The translations under genes were made by a program, and so were the position numbers. 64,000 nt of DNA from Candidatus Saccharimonadota bacterium (lineage in GTDB: Bacteria; Patescibacteriota; Saccharimonadia; CAILAD01; GCA-016700035), in contig JAXLZV010000001.1 of the NCBI GenBank assembly GCA_046350755.1, forward strand, positions 270,855-334,854. Direction: 5' to 3'. Of the stretch, positions 36,723-45,333 are shown in pieces (the stretch's first letter is position 1; each line of letters starts with the position of its first letter). The notes under the pieces were generated by a model, which saw only the letters and a program-made list of their open reading frames with translations, searched no databases and was not told where the DNA came from.

Positions 36723-38753
36723 CTACGAACTATGATCCTCGGGCCGCAGCTGCACCCTGCGCAGCAATTGCGCATTCAGTGCGACGACCACGGTGGAAGC
36801 ACTCATCAAGATTGCTCCCGCCGCGGGCGACAACGTGAGGCCAGCAAATGCGAACACGCCCGCAGCCAACGGGATTGCCATAACGTTGTACCCGGCTCCC
36901 CATACAAGGTTCTGCACCATTTTGTTGTAGCTTGCCCGCGAGAGCTTGATCACTCCTACAACTCCACGAGGATCGGATGATGCGAGCACCACACCGGCAG
37001 ACTCGATCGCAACATCGGTGCCTGCACCGATAGCGAGTCCGACATCTGCGCGAGCAAGAGCCGGTGCGTCGTTCACACCATCTCCCACCATGGCGACTTT
37101 TCGGCCACGCCCCATAAGGTCGGACACCGCCCGGTCTTTGTCATCGGGCAGCACCTCAGCAAACACTTCGTCGATCTCGAGCTGTTTGGCGACCGACTCC
37201 GCTACTTGCTTAGCGTCGCCAGTAATCATGGCGGAGCGGATACCCAGGCTACGCAGAGTATTGATCGCGCTTTCCGACTCGGGACGAATTGCATCCTCAA
37301 GTGCAAACGCACCGACTATCTGCTTGCCACGGATCACATGCAGGACGGCTGCTCCACGAGCGCGCCAGGCATCTGTATGCTTTGCGAGTCCTGCAGGTTC
37401 AACCAGCTCCCGTTCATTGAGTAAGGCTGGTCCACCAACAGCCACCTGTGCTCCATCGACTGTCGCCTCTACCCCACGTCCGGTCAGACTGCGAACTCGC
37501 GTAGCTTTTCCTCGTGCATCCATCTCCTTAGCTTTCGAAACGATTGCTCGAGCCAGTGGATGCTCACTTTCTGCCTCTACGGCTGAGGCGATCTTGAGAA
37601 GCTGCTTCTCGCCAATTCCATGAGTTGCTAGATTGGTAACTCGGTGCTCACCCAGGGTGAGAGTGCCAGTCTTATCAAACAAAACTGTATCGACTGTCCT
37701 CATTCGCTCCAGTGCGAGCCGACTCTTCACCAAGATGCCCGCCCGTGCCGACACTGCGGTTGAAACAGCAATAGTCAAAGGAATCGCCAAGCCAAGCGCA
37801 TGCGGGCAGGCAATCACAAGAACGGTGACCGTGCGCTCAATTGCCGCGTCAACGTTGCCAAGCGCAGTCCATACTACAAAAGTAACCAGGCCAGATATCA
37901 CAGCAACATAGAAGAGCATCGCGGCAAACCTGTCCGCTAGTACCTGTGCTTTGGACTGCGACTGCTGGGCTTCTTGCACGAGACGCTGGATGCCAGCCAG
38001 TGCCGTGTCATCACCAACTGCGGAGACTCGGACTCGGATAGACGAATCTGTAGAGACAGTGCCGGCAACAACACGATCGCCAATGTGCTTGGAGACCGGT
38101 CTCGACTCACCCGTTATCATCGACTCATCCAGAGCTGCATCACCTTCAGTAATCTCGCCATCCGCTGGCACACGAGCCCCCGCCCGGACGAGTACAACAT
38201 CACCGACTATTAGCTGCGCAATACGCACTTTCGTGGGCTCACCATCCTTCCCGATTCGCTCGGCTTCATCTGGCAGCAGCTCCGCAAGAGCCGATAGTGC
38301 CCCTTGCGCCTGCCCAATCGCACGCATCTCTAGCCAATGGCCAAGAAGCATGATCGTTACGAGCGTCGCCAACTCAAACCACAGGTCGACATCGATCAGA
38401 CCCAGAGTGGTTGCAAGCGAAGCCGTGAAAGCAACCAGTAGCCCCATTGAGATGAGCAACATCATTCCCGGCTGACGGGACTTGATCTCATGCCACCCAC
38501 CCTTTAAGAAGACGGGGCCGCCGTAGAGAAATACAGCTGTACCAAAAAGCGGCGCAATCCATTCATGACCCGGAACCATCGGGGCTGTGTAGCCAAGAAG
38601 TTCCTGAAGCATATGACTATAAGCCACGGCGGGCATCGTAAGCAGGAGACAAATCCAGAACTTGCGCCGAAAGACAGCAGGGTCATGTCCTGCATGCTTA
38701 TCGTGGCTGTGTTCAGCTCCGTCGTGATGATCATGGGAATGGTGATTCATCAT
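36723..38753 (-). CDS. copB: Heavy-metal (copper) translocating P1B-type ATPase, CPH-motif CopB-like, with a His-rich N-terminus
   Basis: N-terminus MMNHHSHDHHDGAEHSHDKHAGHD; TM6 CPH motif (ACPHALGLAIP); phosphorylation site DKTGTLT; hinge GDGVNDAPAL; 8 TM helices. Confidence 0.85.
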   Translation of the reverse strand: MMNHHSHDHHDGAEHSHDKHAGHDPAVFRRKFWICLLLTMPAVAYSHMLQELLGYTAPMVPGHEWIAPLFGTAVFLYGGPVFLKGGWHEIKSRQPGMMLLISMGLLVAFTASLATTLGLIDVDLWFELATLVTIMLLGHWLEMRAIGQAQGALSALAELLPDEAERIGKDGEPTKVRIAQLIVGDVVLVRAGARVPADGEITEGDAALDESMITGESRPVSKHIGDRVVAGTVSTDSSIRVRVSAVGDDTALAGIQRLVQEAQQSQSKAQVLADRFAAMLFYVAVISGLVTFVVWTALGNVDAAIERTVTVLVIACPHALGLAIPLTIAVSTAVSARAGILVKSRLALERMRTVDTVLFDKTGTLTLGEHRVTNLATHGIGEKQLLKIASAVEAESEHPLARAIVSKAKEMDARGKATRVRSLTGRGVEATVDGAQVAVGGPALLNERELVEPAGLAKHTDAWRARGAAVLHVIRGKQIVGAFALEDAIRPESESAINTLRSLGIRSAMITGDAKQVAESVAKQLEIDEVFAEVLPDDKDRAVSDLMGRGRKVAMVGDGVNDAPALARADVGLAIGAGTDVAIESAGVVLASSDPRGVVGVIKLSRASYNKMVQNLVWGAGYNVMAIPLAAGVFAFAGLTLSPAAGAILMSASTVVVALNAQLLRRVQLRPEDHSS

Positions 38754-39043
38754 GATTTCACCAAGCGATCAACTGCTGCTATTGCCTCATCGAGCTTTTC
38801 TCGGCCCGCTACCGAATCACTCCGAACTGCATCCACTACGCAATGATCCAAATGGTCACGCAAAAGCGAAAGCGCTACTCGATCGAGTGCACCGTTAACG
38901 GCACTTACCTGGTCGAGAACGTCGATGCAGTATCGATCCTCGTCAACCATCTTGCGTACGCCTCTGATCTGCCCTTCTATTCGCGACAGTCTCTTCAATA
39001 TTGCCTGTTTGTCAGAGCTGTATCCAGCCATAGCCTTACTCAC
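38750..39043 (-). CDS. csoR: CsoR/RcnR-family metal-sensing transcriptional repressor (copper-sensitive operon repressor)
   Basis: 97 aa; the conserved C..H...C ligand pattern (RYCIDVLDQ...RDHLDHC) typical of CsoR; 4-nt overlap with copB. Confidence 0.75.
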   Translation of the reverse strand: MSKAMAGYSSDKQAILKRLSRIEGQIRGVRKMVDEDRYCIDVLDQVSAVNGALDRVALSLLRDHLDHCVVDAVRSDSVAGREKLDEAIAAVDRLVKS

Positions 39044-39139
39044 CTTAACATCTTCACTATACCCCTAGGGGGTATAGTGAAGCAAGGCCTGACTCTATGG
39101 AATATAGAATGGCTTGACTCGCAAGCGAGCATGTGTGAT

Positions 39140-39192
39140 GACGAAAACAGGCACCCATAATAGAGTGCCTGTTTGACATGTTCATTAAATCG

Positions 39193-39210
<18 letters not shown>
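39140..39210. repeat. Proximal direct repeat: tRNA-Ala 3' end plus downstream terminator hairpin (partner of 34507..34575)
   Basis: Contains the hairpin aacaggcac...gtgcctgtt immediately 3' of tRNA-Ala. Confidence 0.6.
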
Positions 39211-39269
<59 letters not shown>

Positions 39270-39366
39270 TCATAGAACCGCCTCATTGTGCCAGATTTGC
39301 GGAGAATTTTCAAGGCAAAAGTAGAACCCCACCCCCTTTCGGGAGTGGGGCATCTGACCGCGGTGG

Positions 39367-39723
39367 TCAGGAGACGAGAGCGAGCTTCCCCTTGCGGGAG
39401 CGCTTGGGCGCAGCCCGTCGTTTGGGGTATGGCGTCTGCTTCGGATTCGGCTTCGACTTGGCAGCCGGTGCTTCCTCGATCGAGGAGACGTCACGCAGAC
39501 GACCATCGAACTCGTAATCCATCCAGCAGGTCTTGTTACAGAATGCCGGATTGCCCGTGAGGCCGTCGACGTAATCGTACAACGTACGACCAGAAGCGCC
39601 GCAAGCGGCACATTCGTGAGCATCAGCCCGCAATTCGCGAACGGTGCGTCGATGCTTGGTCACCGCAACAGCCATGAAGCCTTTGGTTTTGGACAATGTG
39701 CCACTTTCTTGATAGAGGTACAA
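39367..39723 (-). CDS. Cys-rich (zinc-ribbon-like) hypothetical protein with a basic C-terminal tail, GC-rich
   Basis: 118 aa (or 102 from the M at 39675); CAACG...C..TC pattern; Lys/Arg/Pro-rich tail. Confidence 0.35.
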   Translation of the reverse strand: MYLYQESGTLSKTKGFMAVAVTKHRRTVRELRADAHECAACGASGRTLYDYVDGLTGNPAFCNKTCWMDYEFDGRLRDVSSIEEAPAAKSKPNPKQTPYPKRRAAPKRSRKGKLALVS

Positions 39724-39855
39724 AAACTAACCCTGTTAAAATATACTTTTTGAGGCTATTTGTCAATAATATCTTCACCCACAAGATGAAATCGAGAACT
39801 TGCGCGAAATTGTTTTCCAGCCGAGATTTCAAGCTCTCTAGACCAGTTTGGATTG

Positions 39856-40401
39856 CTATTTGTCAGCTGCCAGCACAACGTGTTTCTGTGTTCGGGCAAG
39901 CACTTGAGAACTACCAAAGACCGCGTTGAGTTCGCGCTGCACCCAAGGCTTGAGCCGAGCTTCCACGACAAAAACGAGCTGACCACTGGGTTCTAGCCGA
40001 GTATGACTCTCGCGAATCATTGATTCAACAACTTCGCGGCCCCGGTGCGTCGGCGGGTTACTAACAATGAGATCAAACTTTGCTTGCTCATCAAGGTCTT
40101 CATAGCCTGGGCTGGCAAGAATTTCGATATTACTGAGCTGGTTATGCAACACGTTGTGACGACTCACCTTCACAGCGCCAACATCGCTATCAAGTCCAAT
40201 GACTTGTGCCCTCGGACGGTGCGCCGCTAGCCAGACCGACATCGCGCCCCAGCCACAGCCCCAATCCAGGGCTCGTGTGTAGTCGATCGATGCAACCCGC
40301 TCTAACAGCAGCCGAGTCCCCTTATCGAGATCCTTTGGTGAAAACAAATCCGGTCGCGTTTCACACTCGACTTTGGTGTGAGCTATCTCGAAACTTACCA
40401 C
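39856..40401 (-). CDS. Class I SAM-dependent methyltransferase, RsmC/RlmG-like (MTS domain, NPPxH motif); probable rRNA m2G methyltransferase
   Basis: LDWGCGWGAMSVWLA (SAM motif I) and VSNPPTHRG (NPPF/H motif); 7-nt overlap with obg. Confidence 0.6.
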   Translation of the reverse strand: MVSFEIAHTKVECETRPDLFSPKDLDKGTRLLLERVASIDYTRALDWGCGWGAMSVWLAAHRPRAQVIGLDSDVGAVKVSRHNVLHNQLSNIEILASPGYEDLDEQAKFDLIVSNPPTHRGREVVESMIRESHTRLEPSGQLVFVVEARLKPWVQRELNAVFGSSQVLARTQKHVVLAADK

Positions 40402-41660
40402 GTCAGCTCCTGACCATTGACCTCTATGATTGTATGACCTTCACGGGCATCAAGCTGCTTCAACCGACGAAACACGCCAGCTCGCGACATCGAACTGCGC
40501 AGTCGCTCGACAGCCTGGGATTGCTGAAAATTCGTCCGATCGCCCCAGCGCTCAGCGATGCGGCCTTTCAAAATATAACGATCTTTGCCAGCTGGTTCGA
40601 GGTACCAATCGACCACGGACTCAACTGGGACATCAATAATCTTATCTGGATCCACCTCGGGCGTAATCTCCGGAGTAACCTGCAGAGTATGTGCTGTAGC
40701 AGCCAGCAGCTCTTGCAGTCCCTGATGCTCCTGGGCGGATAATTCGAGCACCTCAGCTATCTTGCATTTGGCCGCTCGAGCGAGTGCTTTGCGTTTAGCT
40801 TTGGCGGTCGCGTCATCAATAAAAGCCCGCTTGGACAGCACTACCAGTGTTGGCCGATGAGCTAGCTGTGGGGCATAAGCCACCAGCTCGTCCCGGATAA
40901 TCTGGTAGCTTTTAGCTACATCCAGATCAGTCGCGTCGACGAGATGGATGAGCACGCGCGTACGTTCAACGTGACGCAAGAAATCGTCACCCAAGCCCTT
41001 ACCCTCCGATGCGCCTTCGATGAGTCCGGGTATATCGGCGACCACAAACTCAGTCTTATCAAACCGCGCCACCCCAAGATTTGGCACCAGGGTCGTAAAA
41101 GCATAATCAGCGATTTTCGGACGAGCTGAAGTAATAACTGATAATAGCGTCGACTTACCGGCATTTGGTAGGCCGACGAGGCCGACATCGGCAATCAGCT
41201 TAAGCTCCAACGTCAACTCCTTCTCCCCACCTGGCGCGCCAAGCTCAGCAAATTTAGGGGCTTGAAACGTGCTGGTAGCGAAGTGCGTATTACCCAGACC
41301 ACCGCGCCCACCCTTGGCAACTATCGCCTCATCACCATCGTGCACTAGATCTGCGAGGATGGTGTCACCGTCACGAACGATCGTACCGGGCGGTACGATA
41401 AGCGTCAGATCACCGCCATTCTTGCCGTGACGTTTATTAGTGCCGCCAGCTGTACCAGCTTCGGCTTTCCAGAGAGTTTTAACACGATATTTTGAGAGTG
41501 TTGAGCTATTATGACTGGCGCGGACGATGACATTGCCACCATGACCACCGTCACCACCGTCCGGACCACCTTTCGGCTGATGTCGATTACGCAAAAACGA
41601 GACACGGCCATCTCCACCGCGCCCGGCTTGTACTTGGGCTGTTGCTCGATCAATAAACAT
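40395..41660 (-). CDS. obg: GTPase Obg/CgtA
   Basis: Gly-rich Obg fold (GGDGGHGGNVI), G1 GLPNAGKST, G3 DIPGLIEGA, G4 NKxD-like, C-terminal OCT domain. Confidence 0.9.
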   Translation of the reverse strand: MFIDRATAQVQAGRGGDGRVSFLRNRHQPKGGPDGGDGGHGGNVIVRASHNSSTLSKYRVKTLWKAEAGTAGGTNKRHGKNGGDLTLIVPPGTIVRDGDTILADLVHDGDEAIVAKGGRGGLGNTHFATSTFQAPKFAELGAPGGEKELTLELKLIADVGLVGLPNAGKSTLLSVITSARPKIADYAFTTLVPNLGVARFDKTEFVVADIPGLIEGASEGKGLGDDFLRHVERTRVLIHLVDATDLDVAKSYQIIRDELVAYAPQLAHRPTLVVLSKRAFIDDATAKAKRKALARAAKCKIAEVLELSAQEHQGLQELLAATAHTLQVTPEITPEVDPDKIIDVPVESVVDWYLEPAGKDRYILKGRIAERWGDRTNFQQSQAVERLRSSMSRAGVFRRLKQLDAREGHTIIEVNGQELTW

Positions 41661-41756
41661 ACAATTTTTCGTCTGCGAAACTTTGACAGTATAGCATAAA
41701 TATGGTTATATTGCACTAGTCTCGTACCTCACGATGAATGCACAAGGGGGATTTCT

Positions 41757-41936
41757 ATGCGTTCATATCAGCCAATCATCCCGCCATACCTAACCACGGC
41801 GGTATTTCTCGCAATCCTGGCCTGCGTGGCCTTCGTCATCGTCGTCCTGATGATCGCCCTCACCATCGAGGCAATCAGCTTGCGGCGATCGAGGGACACC
41901 ATCCCATCAAGCTCGCAACCACCCAGAGAGAGGTGA
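41757..41936 (+). CDS. Small (59 aa) single-pass membrane protein, hypothetical
   Basis: Hand translation: MRSYQPIIPPYLTTAVFLAILACVAFVIVVLMIALTIEAISLRRSRDTIPSSSQPPRER; its stop lies 3 nt before the next ATG. Below the ORF-track length cutoff. Confidence 0.3.
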   Translation: MRSYQPIIPPYLTTAVFLAILACVAFVIVVLMIALTIEAISLRRSRDTIPSSSQPPRER

Positions 41937-41939
41937 ACT

Positions 41940-42215
41940 ATGTCGACGCTACAAGGGTGCCTGCTCGGTTCGGCGCTATTCATAGCCGGCGTAGTGGCAA
42001 TCGTGTACGGTACTCGCAAAAGCCTGAATGCCTCCGAGTTGATGGTCGAGGATACGATCCGCATCTTGCGCGACCGGCCAGACATCATCGATCTCGATAC
42101 CGATCAGAGCTTTCATTCGCACCGAGCAATCGAACACACGTGGCTGATCGTCGCCATTCTCGGCATCATCTGTGCCATCTGCGGCGGCGGGCTCTTTTTC
42201 GCCTTCGCCTTCTAA
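41940..42215 (+). CDS. Small two-TM membrane protein, hypothetical
   Basis: 91 aa, hydrophobic N- and C-terminal helices; RBS GAGAGG is upstream. Confidence 0.4.
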   Translation: MSTLQGCLLGSALFIAGVVAIVYGTRKSLNASELMVEDTIRILRDRPDIIDLDTDQSFHSHRAIEHTWLIVAILGIICAICGGGLFFAFAF

Positions 42216-42266
42216 CCACAAACCGACCCAAGAGTAATCTTGGGTCGGTCTCTATTTATCTGGATA

Positions 42267-43466
42267 TTAGTAGATGTAGCGGAATGTACTGGCTGGTACT
42301 GTGCGGGTCGAAACCCGATTCCAGCCACCATTGTAGTTCATCTCGGAAACCGTTACCGATCCCCCATTCACGCTCTCCACGTAGGCAACGTGACCAAAGC
42401 CTCCCCAACCGCCCGAGGTCTGGGCTATGGCACCCGGGCGGGGTGACGAGCCAACGGAGTAGCCTGAGGCGATAGCATTGTAGTACCACTGGCTGGCATT
42501 ACCCCAGTTTGACGGGACCCGACGGCGACCGGCCACATAGTAGGTACAGTACCCGTATGAATAGCCGTTCGCTCCATAGCTCGCGCTAAACGTTGGACGG
42601 CTCTTTGGCGTGGCTGCTGCCACCGCAACGCTACTTTTAACCGGTGCTGGCGCTGCTGGCTGCGGCTTCACACCATCAGGGATGATTAGCTTCTGACCGG
42701 CCGTCAGTGGCTTGCCTTCAAGCTGGTTATAGCTATCGATGAGGTTAGCATTTGACTGGAAGCGACTAGCCAGCTCCTCAAGCGTTTCATTACCCGCGGC
42801 TGCATACATCAGACCATTAACTGGCAAGATCATGAGCTGGGTACCTGGCTTTAAGACTGCATCAGCTTCGAGGTTATTCGCCCACAGCACGGTGTCGGTA
42901 GTGACGCCGAATTTTTGCGCGATGGTTGAGGCAGTATCACCGTTGACCACCACGTAATTGGTGACACTACGACTGGCTGTGCCGCCGCTAGCGATCGGGG
43001 CGCGCTTCGTCAAGAACGACTCACCAGTCGTGGCTAACTTAGCTTGTGATGCCACGCTATTAGCGCGCTCTTTCACGTCTGACGCTATCAATGAACTACT
43101 TTGTTCAGCGAGTACGGCACCAGCAGCCAACATGGTTGACTGGTCTTCGGCGGCGGCCCCTAAACCACGCGGCTTAGCGCCCGTTAGGCTTTCAGCCTGT
43201 ATTTTACCGGCCCCAACAATAAAGATAGCACCTGCGGCTACCAGAACGTGGGAAGCGAGACGCCAAGCGCCTCCGGATTGTATTGATTGTTGAATTTTTG
43301 CCACGAGTCGGATATCCGACTGGGCTTCACGTTGATTCTCTGCGTTTGGGAGAGTATTTGGCGTGTTTGTATGAGAAGAAGTCTGTGCGACACCAACACC
43401 GGCTGGAGCGAAACGCTTCAGTGATGATGGAAGGCTCTGGCTTATTCTACGAATACAGCGCTCCAT
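42267..43466 (-). CDS. Peptidoglycan hydrolase with two LysM domains and a C-terminal CHAP (amidase/endopeptidase) domain, membrane-anchored
   Basis: LysM: YVVVNGDTASTIAQKFGVTTDTVLWANNL and a second copy. CHAP: GYCTYYVA...GHVAYVESV with conserved Cys and His. Confidence 0.75.
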   Translation of the reverse strand: MERCIRRISQSLPSSLKRFAPAGVGVAQTSSHTNTPNTLPNAENQREAQSDIRLVAKIQQSIQSGGAWRLASHVLVAAGAIFIVGAGKIQAESLTGAKPRGLGAAAEDQSTMLAAGAVLAEQSSSLIASDVKERANSVASQAKLATTGESFLTKRAPIASGGTASRSVTNYVVVNGDTASTIAQKFGVTTDTVLWANNLEADAVLKPGTQLMILPVNGLMYAAAGNETLEELASRFQSNANLIDSYNQLEGKPLTAGQKLIIPDGVKPQPAAPAPVKSSVAVAAATPKSRPTFSASYGANGYSYGYCTYYVAGRRRVPSNWGNASQWYYNAIASGYSVGSSPRPGAIAQTSGGWGGFGHVAYVESVNGGSVTVSEMNYNGGWNRVSTRTVPASTFRYIY

Positions 43467-43780
43467 CGCTTGCAGCTGACAGTGATATGTGTATCTGTTG
43501 GGATGTCATATACTCGCTGTTTATCAAGCTTATTACTATCGGGCTCATCGGTCTCTGCTCTTATGAACAGACTGAAGGGCAATCGACCTTTATTATTACG
43601 TGTATTTGCCTTCTTATCAGATGAGCTGACAGGAGTTTTGAAAGCAACATGAGGGTTTCTAAGAAGTGTCAGATGAACAATCATCAGTGTCTCCGGCCTC
43701 AGGCTTTCAAAAGCTACGTTGGAATACTAGCAGAGGGGTCTGGGTAGTGTCAAACGGCTTACCCTATCTGGTGAACAGGT

Positions 43781-44899
43781 CTATTTGAGATACTTCTCAA
43801 TATTCTGCATATGCTCGGCATAGGTTTTGGCAAAGTAGACTTTCTTATCCTTGCCACCGATGAAATAGATGTAATCATTTGAAGTGGCACAGATGGTTGA
43901 GGTGATCGCGTCGAGACTCGGATTATTGGTCGGCGTCGGTGGTAAGCCCCTAGCCTTATACGTATTGTAAGGTGAGTCAATCGTCAGATCCTTGGCGGTC
44001 GGTACGGTTTTTCCCGTCACATAGTTAATCGTCGGGTCACTCTCAAGCCGCAAACTGGCCGCCAATCGATTGTAGAATACGCCGGCGATCGCCGCGCGAT
44101 CTTCACTCCGACTTGCCTCCTTTTCAACCATCGAGGCTAAGGTGAGCCGCTGATAAGGGGTCAGTTTGGCAGTGTACGGATGTGGCGTGCAAGTTAAGGC
44201 ACCTTTCGCTTGAGTCAGCAGTGGCAACGCCGAGTCCTCAAAATTCTTCAGCATCTTAGCTGCGAGCACGTCAGCACCATCCGTCTTGAGCACCGTATAG
44301 CTATCAGGCGCAAACAGCCCTTCGGGGTTAGCCGTTCCGGCGGGCGCACCAAGAGCTATCAACAAACGCTGGGCATCGGGCTGAGTGGTCGCAACAGTCG
44401 CAAAATTTTTCCCGGCAAAATCTGAGTCAGCTGCTAAGGTCTCGCTGATCTGTTGAATAGTTTTGCCTTCGGCAATCGTAACTTGACGCGAGGCCAACTT
44501 TCCTGCCGCCAAATAGTCAATAATCTCAACTGTCGACATGCTCGGCTTGAGCTGGTAAGGTCCAGGTTTGAGCTGGCCACGAGCCGGCCCGATACGAGCG
44601 TACAAACGGAAGGCAAAGGCGTCCCGAATGATTTGCTTACTAGCCAACTCACGCGATATTTCATCGACCGACATACCCTGTTTGATAGTTACCAAGGTTG
44701 AGTTAGTTGAGTTGCTAACTGGTACATTGATTGAATAGCTTAACCAAATGCCAAAACTCACTACTGCCAATAATAAGGCGACCAGACCAAGAAAACCGAG
44801 CTTCATCGCCCGTTTACGCTTATCGACTCGATTTACCGTGTGAATAGCGTGGCTCGAACCGAGATTGTTCTGCTTTGGCCATTTCCCCCTCGCCGCCAT
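43781..44899 (-). CDS. mltG: Endolytic murein transglycosylase MltG (YceG-like)
   Basis: N-terminal TM; YceG-like domain with conserved SPYNTY-like block and catalytic Glu region (EKEA). Confidence 0.8.
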   Translation of the reverse strand: MAARGKWPKQNNLGSSHAIHTVNRVDKRKRAMKLGFLGLVALLLAVVSFGIWLSYSINVPVSNSTNSTLVTIKQGMSVDEISRELASKQIIRDAFAFRLYARIGPARGQLKPGPYQLKPSMSTVEIIDYLAAGKLASRQVTIAEGKTIQQISETLAADSDFAGKNFATVATTQPDAQRLLIALGAPAGTANPEGLFAPDSYTVLKTDGADVLAAKMLKNFEDSALPLLTQAKGALTCTPHPYTAKLTPYQRLTLASMVEKEASRSEDRAAIAGVFYNRLAASLRLESDPTINYVTGKTVPTAKDLTIDSPYNTYKARGLPPTPTNNPSLDAITSTICATSNDYIYFIGGKDKKVYFAKTYAEHMQNIEKYLK

Positions 44900-45333
44900 T
44901 AGACCATGCTCCGCATGTAATCATCGAGTAATACGGCCGCCGCCAAAGCATCCAGCTGTCGCTTTTCCTCATCTCGACTGGCCTTCCCTAATTGAGCCCG
45001 AGCGCGCTCAGAGGTCGAAAATTCATCAAAGAGTATCACGTGCAAGCCAGATTCATCTGCCAGCTCTCCAGCAAACTCACGCGCCTTGCGAGTTTGAGCC
45101 GTATCATTACCGTTAATGTCTCGCGGCAAGCCAACCACCACCGTCTCAGCATCATACTGCTGAGCGAATTGCAGAATCTGAGTCATCACTGATGGTCCAG
45201 CTGGAAATACGCCGAGTGGCTCGGCTTCGATGCTATCGGCTGGCTTCAAAGCTATCCCTACCCTAACGTCGCCAGTATCAACACCAATCAATGGCTGACT
45301 GACTGCCAGCTCGATGTGGTCGGCCCCCTTCAT
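44899..45333 (-). CDS. ruvX: Putative pre-16S rRNA nuclease / Holliday-junction-resolvase-like RuvX (YqgF)
   Basis: LIGVDTGDVRVGIAL (conserved Asp); VVGLPRDINGNDTAQTRKAREFA is the typical YqgF central block; C-terminal LLDDY. Confidence 0.8.
   Translation of the reverse strand: MKGADHIELAVSQPLIGVDTGDVRVGIALKPADSIEAEPLGVFPAGPSVMTQILQFAQQYDAETVVVGLPRDINGNDTAQTRKAREFAGELADESGLHVILFDEFSTSERARAQLGKASRDEEKRQLDALAAAVLLDDYMRSMV

Noticed and set aside
36946-38475. Long plus-strand ORFs (225 aa and 174 aa) antisense to the copper ATPase
   Set aside because: Ser/Ala/Thr/Arg-rich antisense reads of a GC-rich gene. The ATPase motifs (DKTGT, CPH, GDGVNDAP) are all on the minus strand.
41738-42475. 245-aa plus-strand ORF rich in Arg/Pro/His/Ser
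   Set aside because: Its composition is typical of an out-of-frame read. It overlaps two better small membrane-protein ORFs (41757 and 41940) and runs into the LysM-CHAP gene on the other strand.
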